From Carcharhinus amblyrhynchos (taxonomy: Eukaryota): 64,000 bases of DNA. The position numbers were made by a program, and so were the translations under genes. A model generated the notes under the pieces. The model had not been told where the DNA came from. It saw only the letters and a program-made list of their open reading frames with translations, and made no database searches. The stretch is from assembly GCA_965287045.1 (NCBI GenBank), contig OZ336881.1, positions 45,694,001-45,758,000 of the forward strand. The letters are read 5' to 3'. Below are positions 1 through 12,392 of this stretch, piece after piece. Numbering within the stretch: the stretch's first letter is position 1; the number at the start of each line of letters is the position of its first letter.

Positions 1-767
1 ACAGTTCCCCACTAACGGGGAACCAGTGGCCCGACTCTGCTGGAGTGAAGGTGGGGCAATTGGGCCTCCCCCTCCCCGAGCATTGACACTTTGGCAGTGC
101 TAGCCTGGGCCCCTTGGCACTGCCCAAGAAGCCTATGGGGGGTGGAGCCTACAGGGAAAGGCCTGGTGCGCAATCTGTGAGGGTGGGAGGTCCTGCCGCC
201 ACTTTGCAGGCAGGATCAGTGGCTGAAGGAAGAGGCCAGCAATCAGGGCAGACTGGGAGAGGGTGTTCAGCCTGCAGTGGGGTGTTGAGACTGCGGGGGA
301 GGTGTTGGGACTGCAGGGGTGAGGAATCGGGGGGTGGGGGAGCTGGGGATCAGGATAGGCTTTGGGAAGGTTTGGGGCTGGCCTGGGAATGGTTGGGTGG
401 GGCCAGCAATCAGGCCGTGGTGAAGGGTTGGGGGGGGGGGGGGGGGGGGCAGAGGGCTGATGATGCGGAGGTCACAAGGCTAGCCAGTGATTGAGCTGGA
501 CAGCAATCAGGATGCCAGCAGTGTGTGGCTATTGCACATGTGCTGATCATGGCACTGACAGATTGGTGCATGCACAGTGGCCTGCTCAATACTATGCTGC
601 TGGCCTCTCAGGTGGTCCACTGATTTTTAATGATATAGGTACTAGTGCATTCTGCAGTGTACAGAGTGTGGGTGATTCTCCTTTGAACTCCCACTGAAAA
701 AAACGTGAACTATTCCAGGTTTCATGCAAATTTGACACTTACAATTCTTTTGGGAGAAATCTGGCCC
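1..767. mobile_element. End of a Harbinger-like non-autonomous DNA transposon with a G-rich interior
   Basis: Terminus ...tttgacacttacaattcttttgggagaaatctggccc resembles the end of the Harbinger element at 20750-20837 (...tttgacacttagaaatttttggggagatatcagcc). Confidence 0.55.
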
Positions 768-1310
768 ATATCTGAGAAATTCTGATTAATAAAAAGATGT
801 GGATCTGTGAGAGACGCAGATATCAGACACTCACCATTTATTACCCTAAAACAGAATATTATTAGATATTAAATAGTGCCATTTATGAGTATTTCTAATT
901 GGGGAAATTGTTGCCAAGCAAGTGAAAACGTTGAATATTCATGAGCTTTATTTTTGCAATTTTCTTCCTGCCTGTTAAAATAAAACCAGCATGATTAAAT
1001 ACTTGCTGCAAGGCAATAATGTGGCATCCACTTGCACCAGATTTTATTTTCAGAATGCTGATACTATTTTTTAAACCATAAAGTATTTATTTATTATGTT
1101 AATGAAGTTAGATTTTGGAGCTTACAAAGTGCACAATGACACAATAAACATTGATTGAACTGACCATCTTCAGTGTCAGTCTTTATTACATATTGTCACC
1201 CAATATATAATAAAAATTGGTGATGAGCATGAAATCATAGCTCATAAATATCAGCAACAAATGGGAGCAGAGAGTACAGTAACCAAGACCAACCAATTAC
1301 CAGGGGGATA

Positions 1311-1610
1311 AAAACAGAAAATATGGGAAAATCTCAGCAGGTCTGACACCATCTGTGGAGAGTGAATAGAGCCAACATTTCAAATCTGGATGACCCTTCA
1401 CCAGAGCTGAAGACAAACAAAATAGTTTGAAATTTATCAATGTGTATGTATAAATCTAAATCTATAAATGTATATGTACGAACCTCATGTTACTTTCTTT
1501 GTCTTCAGCTCTGACAAAGGGTTATCCTGCCTTGAAATATTGGCTCTACTCTCTCTTCACAAATGCTGTCAGACCTGCTGGGATTTTCCAGCGTTCTCTG
1601 CTTTTGTTTA
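1311..1610. repeat. Fold-back element with inverted arms of about 110 bp, each carrying a decayed hammerhead-like motif
   Basis: 1311-1420 (aaaacagaaaat..ggaaaatctcagcaggtctgac...gacccttcaccagagctgaagaca) is approximately the reverse complement of 1499-1608. Related copies at 21208-21360, 14150-14245 and 63511-63610. Confidence 0.8.
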
Positions 1611-1669
1611 AGATTCCAGCTTCCACGGTATTTTGCCTCGATCAGTTACCAAGCAGGACAGGTTGAAGA

Positions 1670-1953
1670 TGACTGAAGAATTGGAGGGGACATGAGGAAA
1701 AATATCTTCACCCATAAGGTGGTGGATCTTTGGAATTCACTGCCTGGTTTGGTGGTGGAAGCAAAAATCCTGAACTCATTTAGAAGATACCTGATCTGTA
1801 CCTAAAATGCTGTAACCTGCAAGGCTACAGGCTGGGTGCTTGAAGATTAAATTGGAACTGACAGCTCATTTTTTATTTTTTATTTGTTGACTGGCATGCA
1901 CACAGTGGGCTGAATTGTCTCTTTCTGTGACATAAATTTTCGATGGTTCTATG
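1670..1953 (+). mobile_element. CR1-type LINE 3' fragment
   Basis: aaatatcttcaccc..agggtggtggat..tggaattcactgcc (FFTQRVV..WNSLP-like), followed by a tctatg-type tail. Confidence 0.7.
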
Positions 1954-2106
1954 TCAGACATTGATCTGCCTGGTAGGATGATGGAGATTTCAACTGGATT
2001 GTGCAGAGTCTGACTGTTCCTGCCATTTTGGGGCCATGCTCCCATCAGACAATTCAGAACAGCCTAGTCCTGTCACTAATGTCTTGGAACTGGCATCCAA
2101 GAAGGC

Positions 2107-2502
2107 AGTAGCACAATGCCACAATGGTTAGTACTGCTGCCTCACAGCGCCAGTGACCCAGGTTCGATTCCAGCCCTGGTGACTGTCTGGGTGGAATTTT
2201 CATGTTCTCCCATGTTTGTGTGGGTTTCTTCCGGGTGCTCCAGTTTCCTCCTATAGTCCAAAGATGTGCAGGCTAGGTGAATTGGTCATGCTAAATTGTC
2301 CCTTGGTGTCTCAAGAAGTGTAGGTTATGGAGATTGGAGGGGTAAATTAATGGGGTTATGCGGATATGGCAGGGGTGGGCCTGGGTAATATACTCTGTCA
2401 AAAAGGATTATGGGTATAGGGTGGGATAAGATGCTCTTTCAGAGAGTCGGTGTAGACTCAATGGGCTGAATGACCTCCTTCTGCACTGTAGGGATTCTAT
2501 GG
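2107..2502 (+). mobile_element. tRNA-derived SINE (HE1/V-SINE-like)
   Basis: tRNA-like head tggttagtactgctgcctcacagcgccag...ggttcgattcc, central ttctccc..gtgtgggtttc core, and tail ctgcactgtagggattctatg. Confidence 0.85.
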
Positions 2503-2819
2503 TTTTCAGACTACAGCCCTGAGAAAGGAGAGGGAATGCTAGGATTTTTCTGATTGTGTCAGATAGTGTGGTCTGCCCTAGTGTTAGAATGTGTATCTGA
2601 TTAAAATCTCTCATCTAATTAAGAGGACATATTAAAACTCCAACTGGACTTTGGTTTTAAACTGACTTCTCAAGATGTTTTATTGCAAATGCTTGTGTTA
2701 AACATCACCTGCCTCACATGTACAGAATGTGTTGGAGAATCTGGATCATTGTTATGGGCAGCCACTGTTAAGTTTAAGTGTCACTGTTGAATGTGAAATT
2801 GGGATAATATAGCTGTGTC

Positions 2820-3900
2820 CACAGGCTACATTGGAAGGTTCGGAACATATGAAAGAGTTTGAGAACTATTCAGTTTGTATATTGGAGGAATAACTTGTTT
2901 TTCAAAGCTAATAACATTTTGCAACTTTTAAGATGAATCTGGAGAGGTCAAGACTCAGCAAGGCAATTTTTGAGTGCAAAAAAGCAACTTTGTTAATGGA
3001 AGTGCATCACAATTTAAAAGAATTTTGCTCCCAACAAGGCAAAAATGTGCATTCAAAACAATCCTCACCAAGTTGGAGGAACATCTCAATCCTAAGGCAG
3101 TCAAAATATCAGGAAACTAAAAATTTCAAACCTGAAATCACAAGAGTAGTGATCACATTGTGTCACTGAAGAATTTATCATTACATTGCAACTTGGTCAC
3201 TTTCTATGATCGTGCATTTTGAGAGAGATTTGTGGCTGAAAGGATCTGAATTGAAGTGACTGAACACACAAAACCCTACATTAAAACTGACTTGTAAGGT
3301 TACTCTTCCATGTACATTGTATCAAACAATGCACAGGAAAATGAGTACAAATTTTGTCCACGGTCAGAGAACTTCTGCCAAATCTAAAGTGGGGGGACCT
3401 GATCAGAAGCGAGCTGATGATAATGGTTTTGTGAGTTGTTATCACTATAATGACTACTACATAGCATAGGTATGTCATTACAGAAGAATCTAGGGATTTA
3501 ATTGTCAAAAGAAGCACGGTCGCACAGTGGTTAGCAATGCTGCCTCTCAGCACCAGGGACCCGGGTTTGATTCTCGGCTTGGATCACTGACTGTGCGGAG
3601 TCTGCACATTCTCCCTGTGTCTGCGTGAGTTTCCTCTGGGTGCACAAGTTTCTTCCCACAGTCTGAAAGACATGCTGGTTAGGTGCATTGGCCATGCTAA
3701 ATTCTCCCTCAGTGTACCTGAACAGGCGCCAAAGTGTGGCAACTAGGGGACCTTCACAGTATCTTCATTGTACTGTTAATGTATGCCTACTTGTGACTAA
3801 TAAATAAACATTTGAAATGTTGTATTCCAACTGCTTGGCAAGTGGAGAACTCATTCAACAGCAATAGGAAAATGATGAATAAAGGGTTACGATCTATTAT
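2820..3900 (+). mobile_element. Degenerate Gypsy-type gag remnant, interrupted by a SINE
   Basis: Gag N-terminal-like LFFKANNI segment and later fragments, with many stops and frameshifts. Confidence 0.45.
3512..3812 (+). mobile_element. tRNA-derived SINE, subfamily with an aataaataaac tail
   Basis: Same tRNA-like head (gcacggtcgcacagtggttagcaatgctgcctc). Its distinct 3' tail is shared with 20915-21192 and 54060-54362. Confidence 0.85.
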
Positions 3901-4329
3901 GCTCATAGCTAATATACATCATCAGTGATTTCATCATGTGTGCCCAGAGCTCAGAGAGAGATGGTATTGGAAAGAGCCTCATGCTTATCTATTCCCGTAA
4001 TAGATGTTTGAAAATTATTAGATGATGCTTCATGTTCGCAGCAGTAAACCAACTGAATAGCACAGATGCCCAATGAAACTGAGAGTGGCAGAAAAGTGTA
4101 AAACATCAAATACAAGGCAGCCAGGGAATTACTGTGACTGTGAAGCAGAGGGAAAAGTGTCAGCAGAGTCCCAAGCCAGTCAACTAAAAGTAACTGAAAA
4201 TCTTCCGACCACGTGGAAAGGCCCCACCAAGCAGCAGACTGGCAAAACTGATGACACAGGTTTACCAGGTATTGGACCGTTTTGGGATGAGCACAGAAGC
4301 CTAATAACTAGCAGGTCAGCACATTCCTC

Positions 4330-5990
4330 TATTCCATGACAGCAGTGTAGATGACAATTTAGTCAGACGACATGTTAAGGAGGATACAGTGAATTATAAA
4401 GAGGCTATGAAGGTCTTTGATTCATATTTCAAACTTCAGAGAATCACTGTTGCAGACAGTGTGCGGTTTGACATTGCACTCAAGAATTTAGAGAAAATAC
4501 TGACTTTAAGTTAATGACCCATATCGTTTGGCTGAGAGTTGTGAATATGGGGCTCTAAAGGATGTTCTTAATCAGGACTGAACATTTGATGAAGCCTGAT
4601 CTGATTTTCTGCAATCCAGGAAGTATCTCACATTGTCCAAGGTAGTGCCATTAGCAAGACAGGTTGAGCTATACAAACAGACCTGAGTTTTAATCTGGGG
4701 TGATAGAGAACCTTTGTGGAGTAAAGCCACTGATTGAATCCAGTTTGTGAGCAATAGACATACCAAATCACGCATTAAAAAACAGAGAGATTGAAGAAGG
4801 AGCTGTCACTGTTATAGAATCATAGAATCCTACAGTGCAGGAGGAGGCCATTTGGCCCATCTGGTTTGCACCAACCACAATCCCACCCAGACTCTATCTC
4901 CAAAACCCCATGCATTTAGCCGGGCTAGTCCCCCTGACACTAAAGGGCAGTTTAGCATGGTCAAGCCACCTATTGCATGCATCTTTGGACTGTGGGAGGA
5001 AAAGTACCTGGAAAAAATATACGCAGACACAGGGAGAATGTGCAGACTTTACGTAGACAGTGACCCAAGCCAGGAATCGAACCGGAGTCCCTAGCACTGT
5101 GAGGCAGCAGCATTAACCACTGTGCCACCGTGCTGCCTCTATTATCCAATGTTCTTAATGTTGTGCAAGTAAGTCCCATCAGTGCAAAGACTGTCCTGCC
5201 AGAAATTAAGTGTGCTATTACTGCAGAAGTCAGAGCCATTTCAAAGCAGAATGCCACTGCAAAATACTTCCAACTCCAGTTCAAAAAGTTACAGGGAGAC
5301 CAGTCTGGTCAATCTATATCTAAATAATGGAAGATACTGACAAAGTGTCTTTCTTGGGCAAGGTTGCAAAGTCCAAGGCAATTTTTTGGAGCACAGATAT
5401 CATGGCCAACGGCCAAAAAACAAATTTTAAATTTGACATGAAAGCAGGAGTGTCAGTTTTTTTCTGATACAGTACACTGAGTGAATCCTGATTTTCTCCA
5501 GCTATCAGTCATTCAACTTCATGGTCCAGGAGGCATCCCATCGAAGAGCAGATGACTGCTCTACTTTAATGTAACGGAGGAGAGCTTGCCGACATTCGGT
5601 ATGGTATTCTTAATCAAGACTGTTCTTTACTGAGCAGAGAAACCTGTCTAGAGTTGCAGCTCTTCCATTCATTTGTTGCACTGAAAACCCAAATCAAGTC
5701 AAGACAATCCGAGACACTCTTTCTGAAAAAAGTTCCATTCATGTAATGGCAGGAGGAAATTCTTTTTGATTGCATGCCTCTTTGAAAGGAGGATGGATGA
5801 TACATGTGGAGGTGACCAGAACACCACTGAGGAAGCTGACTCGGATACCAATCTGCCTGATTATTCTGGTGAGGATATCAATGACACAGAACAACCTGTG
5901 TCTGCAGAGACTGACTTGCCTGAAGACAAACCAAGGACAGAACCTCCCAGAACACTCATCACCATGAAAACCTCTATCTGACCATGCCCA
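4330..5990 (+). mobile_element. Degenerate Gypsy LTR retrotransposon gag-protease remnant
   Basis: YRLAESCEYGALKD (about 4523), CCHC knuckle CYYCRSQSHFKAEC (about 5212), and aspartic-protease-like NFKFDMKAGVSV (about 5423). Confidence 0.7.
4812..5135 (-). mobile_element. tRNA-derived SINE inserted into the Gypsy remnant
   Basis: Reverse complement of the SINE at 2107; tail tagaatcatagaatcctacagtgcag. Confidence 0.85.
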
Positions 5991-6056
5991 AATCAGGAGT
6001 TAATTTCCACATTGATTACCCTGATTACAAATAGTTCCTTGACAGTATAGAGCTTG

Positions 6057-6631
6057 AGTGTTGTTGAAGTTATACAAGACATTGGTAAGGCCACACTTGG
6101 AATACTGTGTACCGTTCTGGTCACCCTATTGTAGAAAGGATATTAATAAACTAGAAAGAGCGCAGAAAAGATTTACTGGGATGCTACCGGGACTTGATGA
6201 TTTGAGTTATAAGGAGAGGTTGGAAAGACTGGGAAATTTTTCTCTGGAGCGTAAAAGGCTTCGGGGTGATCTTATAGAGGTCTATAAAATAATGAGGGGC
6301 ATAGATCAGCTTGATAGTCAATATCTTTTCCCAAAGGTAGAGGAGCCTAAAACTAGAGGGCTTAGGTTTAACGTGAGAGGAGAGAGATACAAAAGAATCC
6401 AGAGGGGCAATTTTTTGGTGTGTCTGGAACAAGCTGCCAGAGGTAGTAGTAGAGGTAAGTACAATTTTGTCTTTTGTAAAGCAATTAGACATTTGCATGG
6501 GTAAGATGGATATAGAGGAGTATGGGCCAAACATAGGCAATTGGGCCTAGCTTAGGGGTTTTTAAAAAAAGGGCAGCATGGACAAGTTGGGCCGAAGGAT
6601 CCATTTTCATGCTGTAAACCTCTATGACTCT
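6057..6631 (+). mobile_element. CR1 LINE reverse-transcriptase C-terminus and 3' UTR
   Basis: ORF 6058-6504 [20 protein letters not shown]...[15 protein letters not shown] is the hallmark of CR1 ORF2. Confidence 0.92.
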
Positions 6632-7110
6632 ATTGCTGAAAGAATAAAGGCCAGCTGTCAAAGTTTTACATATTGAACTCAACAAGACAAATGTAGGAAT
6701 GCCAAATTTCAGATGGAATAGCATTATATACTGCATGAGAAAAGGGCGATGATTGGTTGGCAAGTGGGCTCTGATTGGTTAAGACATTATCATAATGAAT
6801 GTACTGGGGAACTCATTCTCCCGTGCTTTCTCCAAAGAATGTGCAATGTCTGGCATATTGCTTTTGCTTGTAGAAATCAGATTCCTGCATATGAATATAT
6901 GTAGCTTCCAAGCAAGCATAAATGAGCTACATTGCAAGCCTGACTGATCATAACCAATCTTAAATTCATTGTTAGCATCATTCTTAACACATTTGGAATT
7001 GGTCAGCACATGCTGCAGGTTATCCCAGTGGTTGATGGATTGCATTAAACTGCATGGCCCTTTGGCAGTTCTGAGGCAACCAACCCATGTTTGCATACCT
7101 TAGAACATAA
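6632..7110 (-). mobile_element. Penelope-like element 3' fragment (GIY-YIG C-terminus plus terminal repeat)
   Basis: Minus-strand HVLTNSKCVKNDANNEFKI segment (ORF 6779-7096); reverse-complement match to 8280-8640. Confidence 0.7.
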
Positions 7111-7489
7111 TGGCCTAAATCTTAAGATATAGAGAGAAGCCGCTGATTCAACTTGCATTGCTGATATGTGTCAGGACTCTGAGGAAGTCCTGACAGCGTA
7201 AATCTATAACACTTGCATGGGAAGTTTAAAGCTCCAATGTTCGGTTTTACTATACCTGAATTGGTCCATGATTCCAGGAACAGTGGCATCAAATGACCAG
7301 AATCATGGAGGATTGGGCTGTTTGTACCTTACATACTCTGCTTTTTGCATGGACTTCCTCACAGCTTTTCAAAGCCAGGATAATATCAGCTCTAAGTAAA
7401 TCAGCACAATGGCATTCCTAACGAAGTTCACACCTTCCCACACACCTTCTCCTGGCTCACCTTCTGGAACCCCTGGCTCCTGTGCAGCG

Positions 7490-7810
7490 AATGTTAGCAT
7501 TGTCAGGGAGTAAGAGGGCTGGTGGATTGAGCATTCATGCGGTGAAGTTGGGATAAGGGGGCTGGACAGCATTAAGGGTGAGGAATGGAGGCTGAACATT
7601 TTTGGAGTATGAAGAGGTGAACATTGTCTGGGGGTGAGGGAGGGGGTAAACATTGAGCTGTGGGAGGAGGTAAAGGAGGAGGTGAACACTGATGACAGTT
7701 AAGGGTGGGGTTGAACAATGCTGGTGGTGAAAGGGAGTTAACATTGTCAGATGATGCGAGAAAGATTTGAGTATTGGCAGGGGCGAATGGGGTTAGCACT
7801 GACAGTGAAT
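7490..7810. repeat. Degenerate G-rich tandem array, about 11 units of about 30 nt (core aacatt/agcatt plus G-runs)
   Basis: Repeated gttagcattgtc, gtgaacattgtc, gtaaacattgag and gttaacattgtc separated by G-rich spacers. Confidence 0.65.
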
Positions 7811-8279
7811 GGGAGACTGACCAGTTTTGGGATTGACAAATCCATTTAAAGTTAATGAACTGAAGTCAGTGGTATGTCTTCAGTGAATGACACAAAAAGT
7901 AGGACGGGGGCAGGGCGCGCGGGGTGACTGCACTGAAATTATGCAGGGTAATTGACCTCACAGCTTTATTCATCCCTATACAAAGCTGAAGCTGAAATCG
8001 GAAGGAGCAAAGGCTCCAGCGTAACATGTTAAGTGGGCAATTGAAATTGCAGCCAGTGTCAGGCAACACTCTCTGATGTTGACCAGAAAATTTAAGGTCT
8101 GAGACCAGAACTTACCTGCTATTCACATGGGTTTCACAGAGCCCAGGGCTGAATTTAACGGAAAACTCTGATGATGGCATGACCTAGAGATCCTGCCACC
8201 AGCCAATCTTGAGCCACTGCTAAATGCAGCGCGTTGCATGATAAATGTTGCCCGAAAAGTCTAAAATTTGATGTAAATC

Positions 8280-8642
8280 CATGATTGGGCATTGACAACA
8301 ATCCCAAGTATGCTAAGAATTATACTAACAAGTAATTGAAGGTATTAATCAAGCTTGCAATATCACTCAATTATGTGTGCTCGAAGCTACATAGATTCAC
8401 ATGCAGCAATTTGTTCACCGCAGGCAAAAGCAATATGTCCAGACATTACACCAGGGAAAATAACTCTTTTGGTGCATTCGTGATAGCAATGTGCTGACTA
8501 ATCAGAGCACCTTGCCAACAGCACCCTCTTCACATGCAATCTAAATTATTGTTCCCTATCTAATTTGTTGTTCTTGCATCTGTCCTGATGAGTACAAGAT
8601 GAAAAGTTTTGGCAACATGTCCCTTCAAACAGCAGTACTTAG
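8280..8642 (+). mobile_element. Penelope-like element 3' fragment with a hammerhead-like motif
   Basis: Decayed INQACNITQLCVLEAT*IHMQ...RQKQYVQTL (GIY-YIG tail), then tgtc-CTGATGA-gtacaagat-GAAA-agttt-t-ggca at 8581-8614. Confidence 0.7.
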
Positions 8643-9668
8643 ATTCTGCCTGTCCCATCTTTTTTCAAAGCTCACTTTCTTAGATCAGCAGAATTATTGG
8701 GTTCCAAGTATTTATTCCTCTTTTGAGTAGGCTGTTTTATTTTCATTTTGATGTAAACAATAAATGACGAGTGAATTGATGAGGTTTCTTGTGCATTTTG
8801 TGGCAGATATTAAAGGTCTAATATTGTGAGTTACTGTAAAAAAAAAATAAATCTGCAGTCACTGTCAAATTGCTCCTATGGCGGCGAAATTAATTTTAAG
8901 TGGCACCAACAAGCAGAGCAGTAACAAGTCCCAGGAGCTAATGGGGGTCTATTCAATCCTGTAGCATCTAAACAAAGAGCTGGAATACAGGCAGGCAAAG
9001 GATGGATATGAAATAAACAGACATCCTGTACCTTCTATGACAGCTGTATGTTTCTATGCCATATTCCTATTCTCTCATTCCCACTAACCTTTCTCTCTGC
9101 TTGTGAAACTGATAAAAAGTGGCAAACCTATTTATAGCTCCTTGTTAATAATCCAACATTTTTTATTCACAGTTCTAAGTGTTTTGAATATATTTGTGTG
9201 AAAAATGCATCAGCATCTTGTGGCAAGATTTTATTATGACCAGAAAAAGACAGATGGGAAGCCAGATGTCACAGTTGTGATCCCTTATTCTTAACCTTTC
9301 ACTGTTAAACTTAGTATGCAACTGCCTACAAGAGGTTTCATTGTGGGTGTTGTTAACAGGAGTATTTTTGTGAATGTGCTGTTTCATATGAGTCACTCTC
9401 CCTTGGTTTTGCACACCGGGCATCAAGGTCAAAAATATTCTCTAGGTGAAGATAAGTTAGAGGCTAGGGGATAATTCTAACTGGGTATCCAAGCATAAAT
9501 CAGTTAGCATTTTAATATTTCTTGGTGGTTTCCCTAAATTTGATCCTTGCAACTTCAACATCTCCCTGCCCTCCACCCCAGCACCCATTCAATCCCATAA
9601 CCCCAACCCTGTGCTTCTTTTCCTAGTGCAATCTGAAAGTCATGTTTTGGATTTGCTTCATCTATCCA

Positions 9669-10075
9669 TAGTGGCACAATGATTAGCCCTGCTGCCTCAC
9701 AGTGCCAGGGACCTGGGTTCAGTTTCAGCTTCGGATCAGTGTTTGTGTGTAGTTTCCATGTTCTCCTTGTGACTGCATGGATTTCCTTGCTCTGGGTTCC
9801 TCTTTCAGTCCAAAGATGTGGGATTGGATTGGTGCAGACTTGATGGGCTGAATGACCTCCTTCTGCACTGTAGGAATTCTATGTGCAAATTAAGTGGATT
9901 AGCCATGCTAAATTATCCCTTATTGTCCAAAGGTGTGTCGGTTAAGTGGAATTGGCATGATAAATGAGTGGAATTACAGGGATAGTATGGGGCTGTGGGT
10001 CTGGGTAAAATGCTCTTTCAGAGAGTTAGTGCAGACCCGATGGGTCATATAGCCTTCTTCTGCACTGTAGGTATT
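9669..10075 (+). mobile_element. tRNA-derived SINE with a duplicated 3' portion
   Basis: tRNA-like head; the ctgcactgtagg tail occurs twice (about 9864 and 10060). Confidence 0.8.
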
Positions 10076-10761
10076 CAGTAGATCCTGTTGAGTATCTTGT
10101 AAACTGTGTGCATGGTGGATTGCATTGCCTTAGGCTGACTTTTAAGGGCCACCTGTGGAAAAACAGGTGGGCAGAATTAGAATACCGAGCATGCCATCGA
10201 CCCACCTGTCTCTGCCACGATTTTACAGGCAGCAGCGGAGGTGTTGGATGTGTTTGGATCTAATAAGTTCTATTTAATAAATGTTAAACGTGCAGTATTA
10301 GGTAAGCAGGTGCTGAGTGTTGATCTGTTGATTATACTCTGTTATATATGAGTCAGCCAGAAGTCCTGTCCAATGTGTTGGTGGGGAATGAGCTAGGAGA
10401 GATTGTCTCTCTGCTTTACAGACAATAAGCCTGAACAAGGTCGAAACCAACACTGGATTCATTATTTTATAATATTCATTTACCGTATTGAGACCCATAT
10501 TTGGGTCATTAATGTCTACTGGAGAGCTTCATCCCACTGCTGCGCCAGTTTGATGAGCAGTGGGAGAGGCCTACACCCTAAACATAGCCCAGCAGCTTTA
10601 ACCCTGCAGAATGCTGGTCAATGGAAGAGCTTGACTCTTTCCTTGGCCGTTCAGAGTCCCCTACCTCCATAGTTTTGCCTCCCTGCAACAAGCCTCTCCC
10701 TTTGACCTGTTGAATATACTCCTTAATACACTCCTTGAATATATTCCTTTAGAGAACTCCC

Positions 10762-10892
10762 CACTCACCTTACAAAGGAGCAGCACTCTGACAGCTAGTG
10801 GTATTTACTATGAAATAAATCTGTTGGACTTTAATCTGATGTTGTGAGACTTCTTACTGTGTTTACCCAAGTCCAACGCCGGCATCTCCACA
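10762..10892 (+). mobile_element. Penelope terminal-repeat fragment with a mutated hammerhead core
   Basis: tcac-cttacaa-aggagcagcactct-gaca-gctagtg...aaataaatctgttggactttaa; same family as 30561-30660 and 49981-50092. Confidence 0.7.
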
Positions 10893-11809
10893 GAGTATAC
10901 TCCTGCCATCCCTCTCATTGGGGCTTGTCAGCTCAGTCTTAATGAGTTCCAGCACTTACCTGGGTTTAGGGATATCCATGGTTTCTCTTATGCATGAACT
11001 TCATACAATAAAAGCAGTGGCCACCCATCCCAGTGTGGCATAGGGTTTCTGGTCTTACATTGGCCAGAAGCTCCAGGAGGTGGAAATGCCCCTCAGAGAT
11101 AAACAGAAGCTCCACTTCATAAGGGCTGTCACACAAAAAAACTAAAGTGGCATAAGCTAGCCAAGTGGAGGTGGCATGCCCCTGAATTTCAGGAAGGGTG
11201 TGGGGAACCCACTCTCGGTGTATAATTCAGCCCTTTGTACATAATGACAGCTGTGCTATACTCACATCTATGAGGAATGCTATAGATTTTGTTGCCACTT
11301 CTTCAAGCTAGGGCCCAGAATTTACAGTAACCGGCTTTACAGTTAGTTAATTGTTGTATTCAAATATATGAGCTGGGTACAACTAGCTGATATTGGAAGT
11401 TGTGTTTTAATATCTAAAACAAACAGTTTACATGATTGAACCTACATTTGTGAATTTATATGAAGAATACAGCTTTTATTCCTATTGTGAGCAAATTGTG
11501 CTTGTTTAGTAAGATCAGTCACTTCCACCCAATGTCCAGTAACGTCACTTGTTCACCATTAATCACACATCGTAATTAGCAGGCAATATTGAATCTGGCT
11601 TTCATATGTGAAAGCTCTTCTATTTCAATCCAAGATTATCTAAATAATTTGGACCTGAAAAATCACCATCATAATCCAGCTATCCAAAAACAAGTTATTT
11701 TTAGAAGTTGCTATGCCTAAATTTTAATTCTTATTAAATGAGCAAAATAATTACCACTTATTTGGCTAGGTGCTGCATTGGTGCAATAGTAGCCAGACTA
11801 TAATTACCA

Positions 11810-12392
11810 ACTTTGCATGCCAGTCTTTTCTCGCATTTTATATGATCCATGTGACTCCTGTTTCAAGTGTTCATCTAAATGCTTCTTAAATGTTGTGAGG
11901 GTTCCCACCTCTACTATACTTTAAGGCCGTGAGTTCCAGATTCCCACCACCTTGCAGGTGAAAATATTTTTCCTCAAATCCTCTCTGAATCTTCTGCTCC
12001 TTATCTTAAATCTATGCTCCTGGGTTCGTGGTCACTCCACGAAGGGGAAAAGTTTCTTCCTATCCACACTATCTCCGTTTCTCATAATTTTGTACATCTC
12101 AATCAGGTTCCCTCTCAGCCATGTCTGCAGTAAGAAAAACAACCCCAGCCTAATCAGCCTCTCTTCATAACTTAAACACTCCAGCCCAGGCAACATCCTA
12201 GTGAATCTCCGCTGCATCCTTCCAGTACAATCACATCCTTCCTATAGTGTGGTGCCCAGACCTACAGACAGTACTCCAACCGTGGCCTAATAAGAGTTCT
12301 GTGCAACTTCAACATAACCTCCCTGCTCTTATATTCTATGCCTCAGCTAATAAAAGCAAGTATTCCATATGTCTTTCTAACCACCTTATCTA
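11810..12392 (-). mobile_element. CR1 LINE 3' fragment
   Basis: ORF 12032-12217: [20 protein letters not shown]...LRGNLIEMYKIM. Confidence 0.9.

Noticed and set aside
2107-2180. tRNA genes at the SINE heads
   Set aside because: They continue into SINE core and tail sequence, recur many times, and lack a clean cloverleaf.
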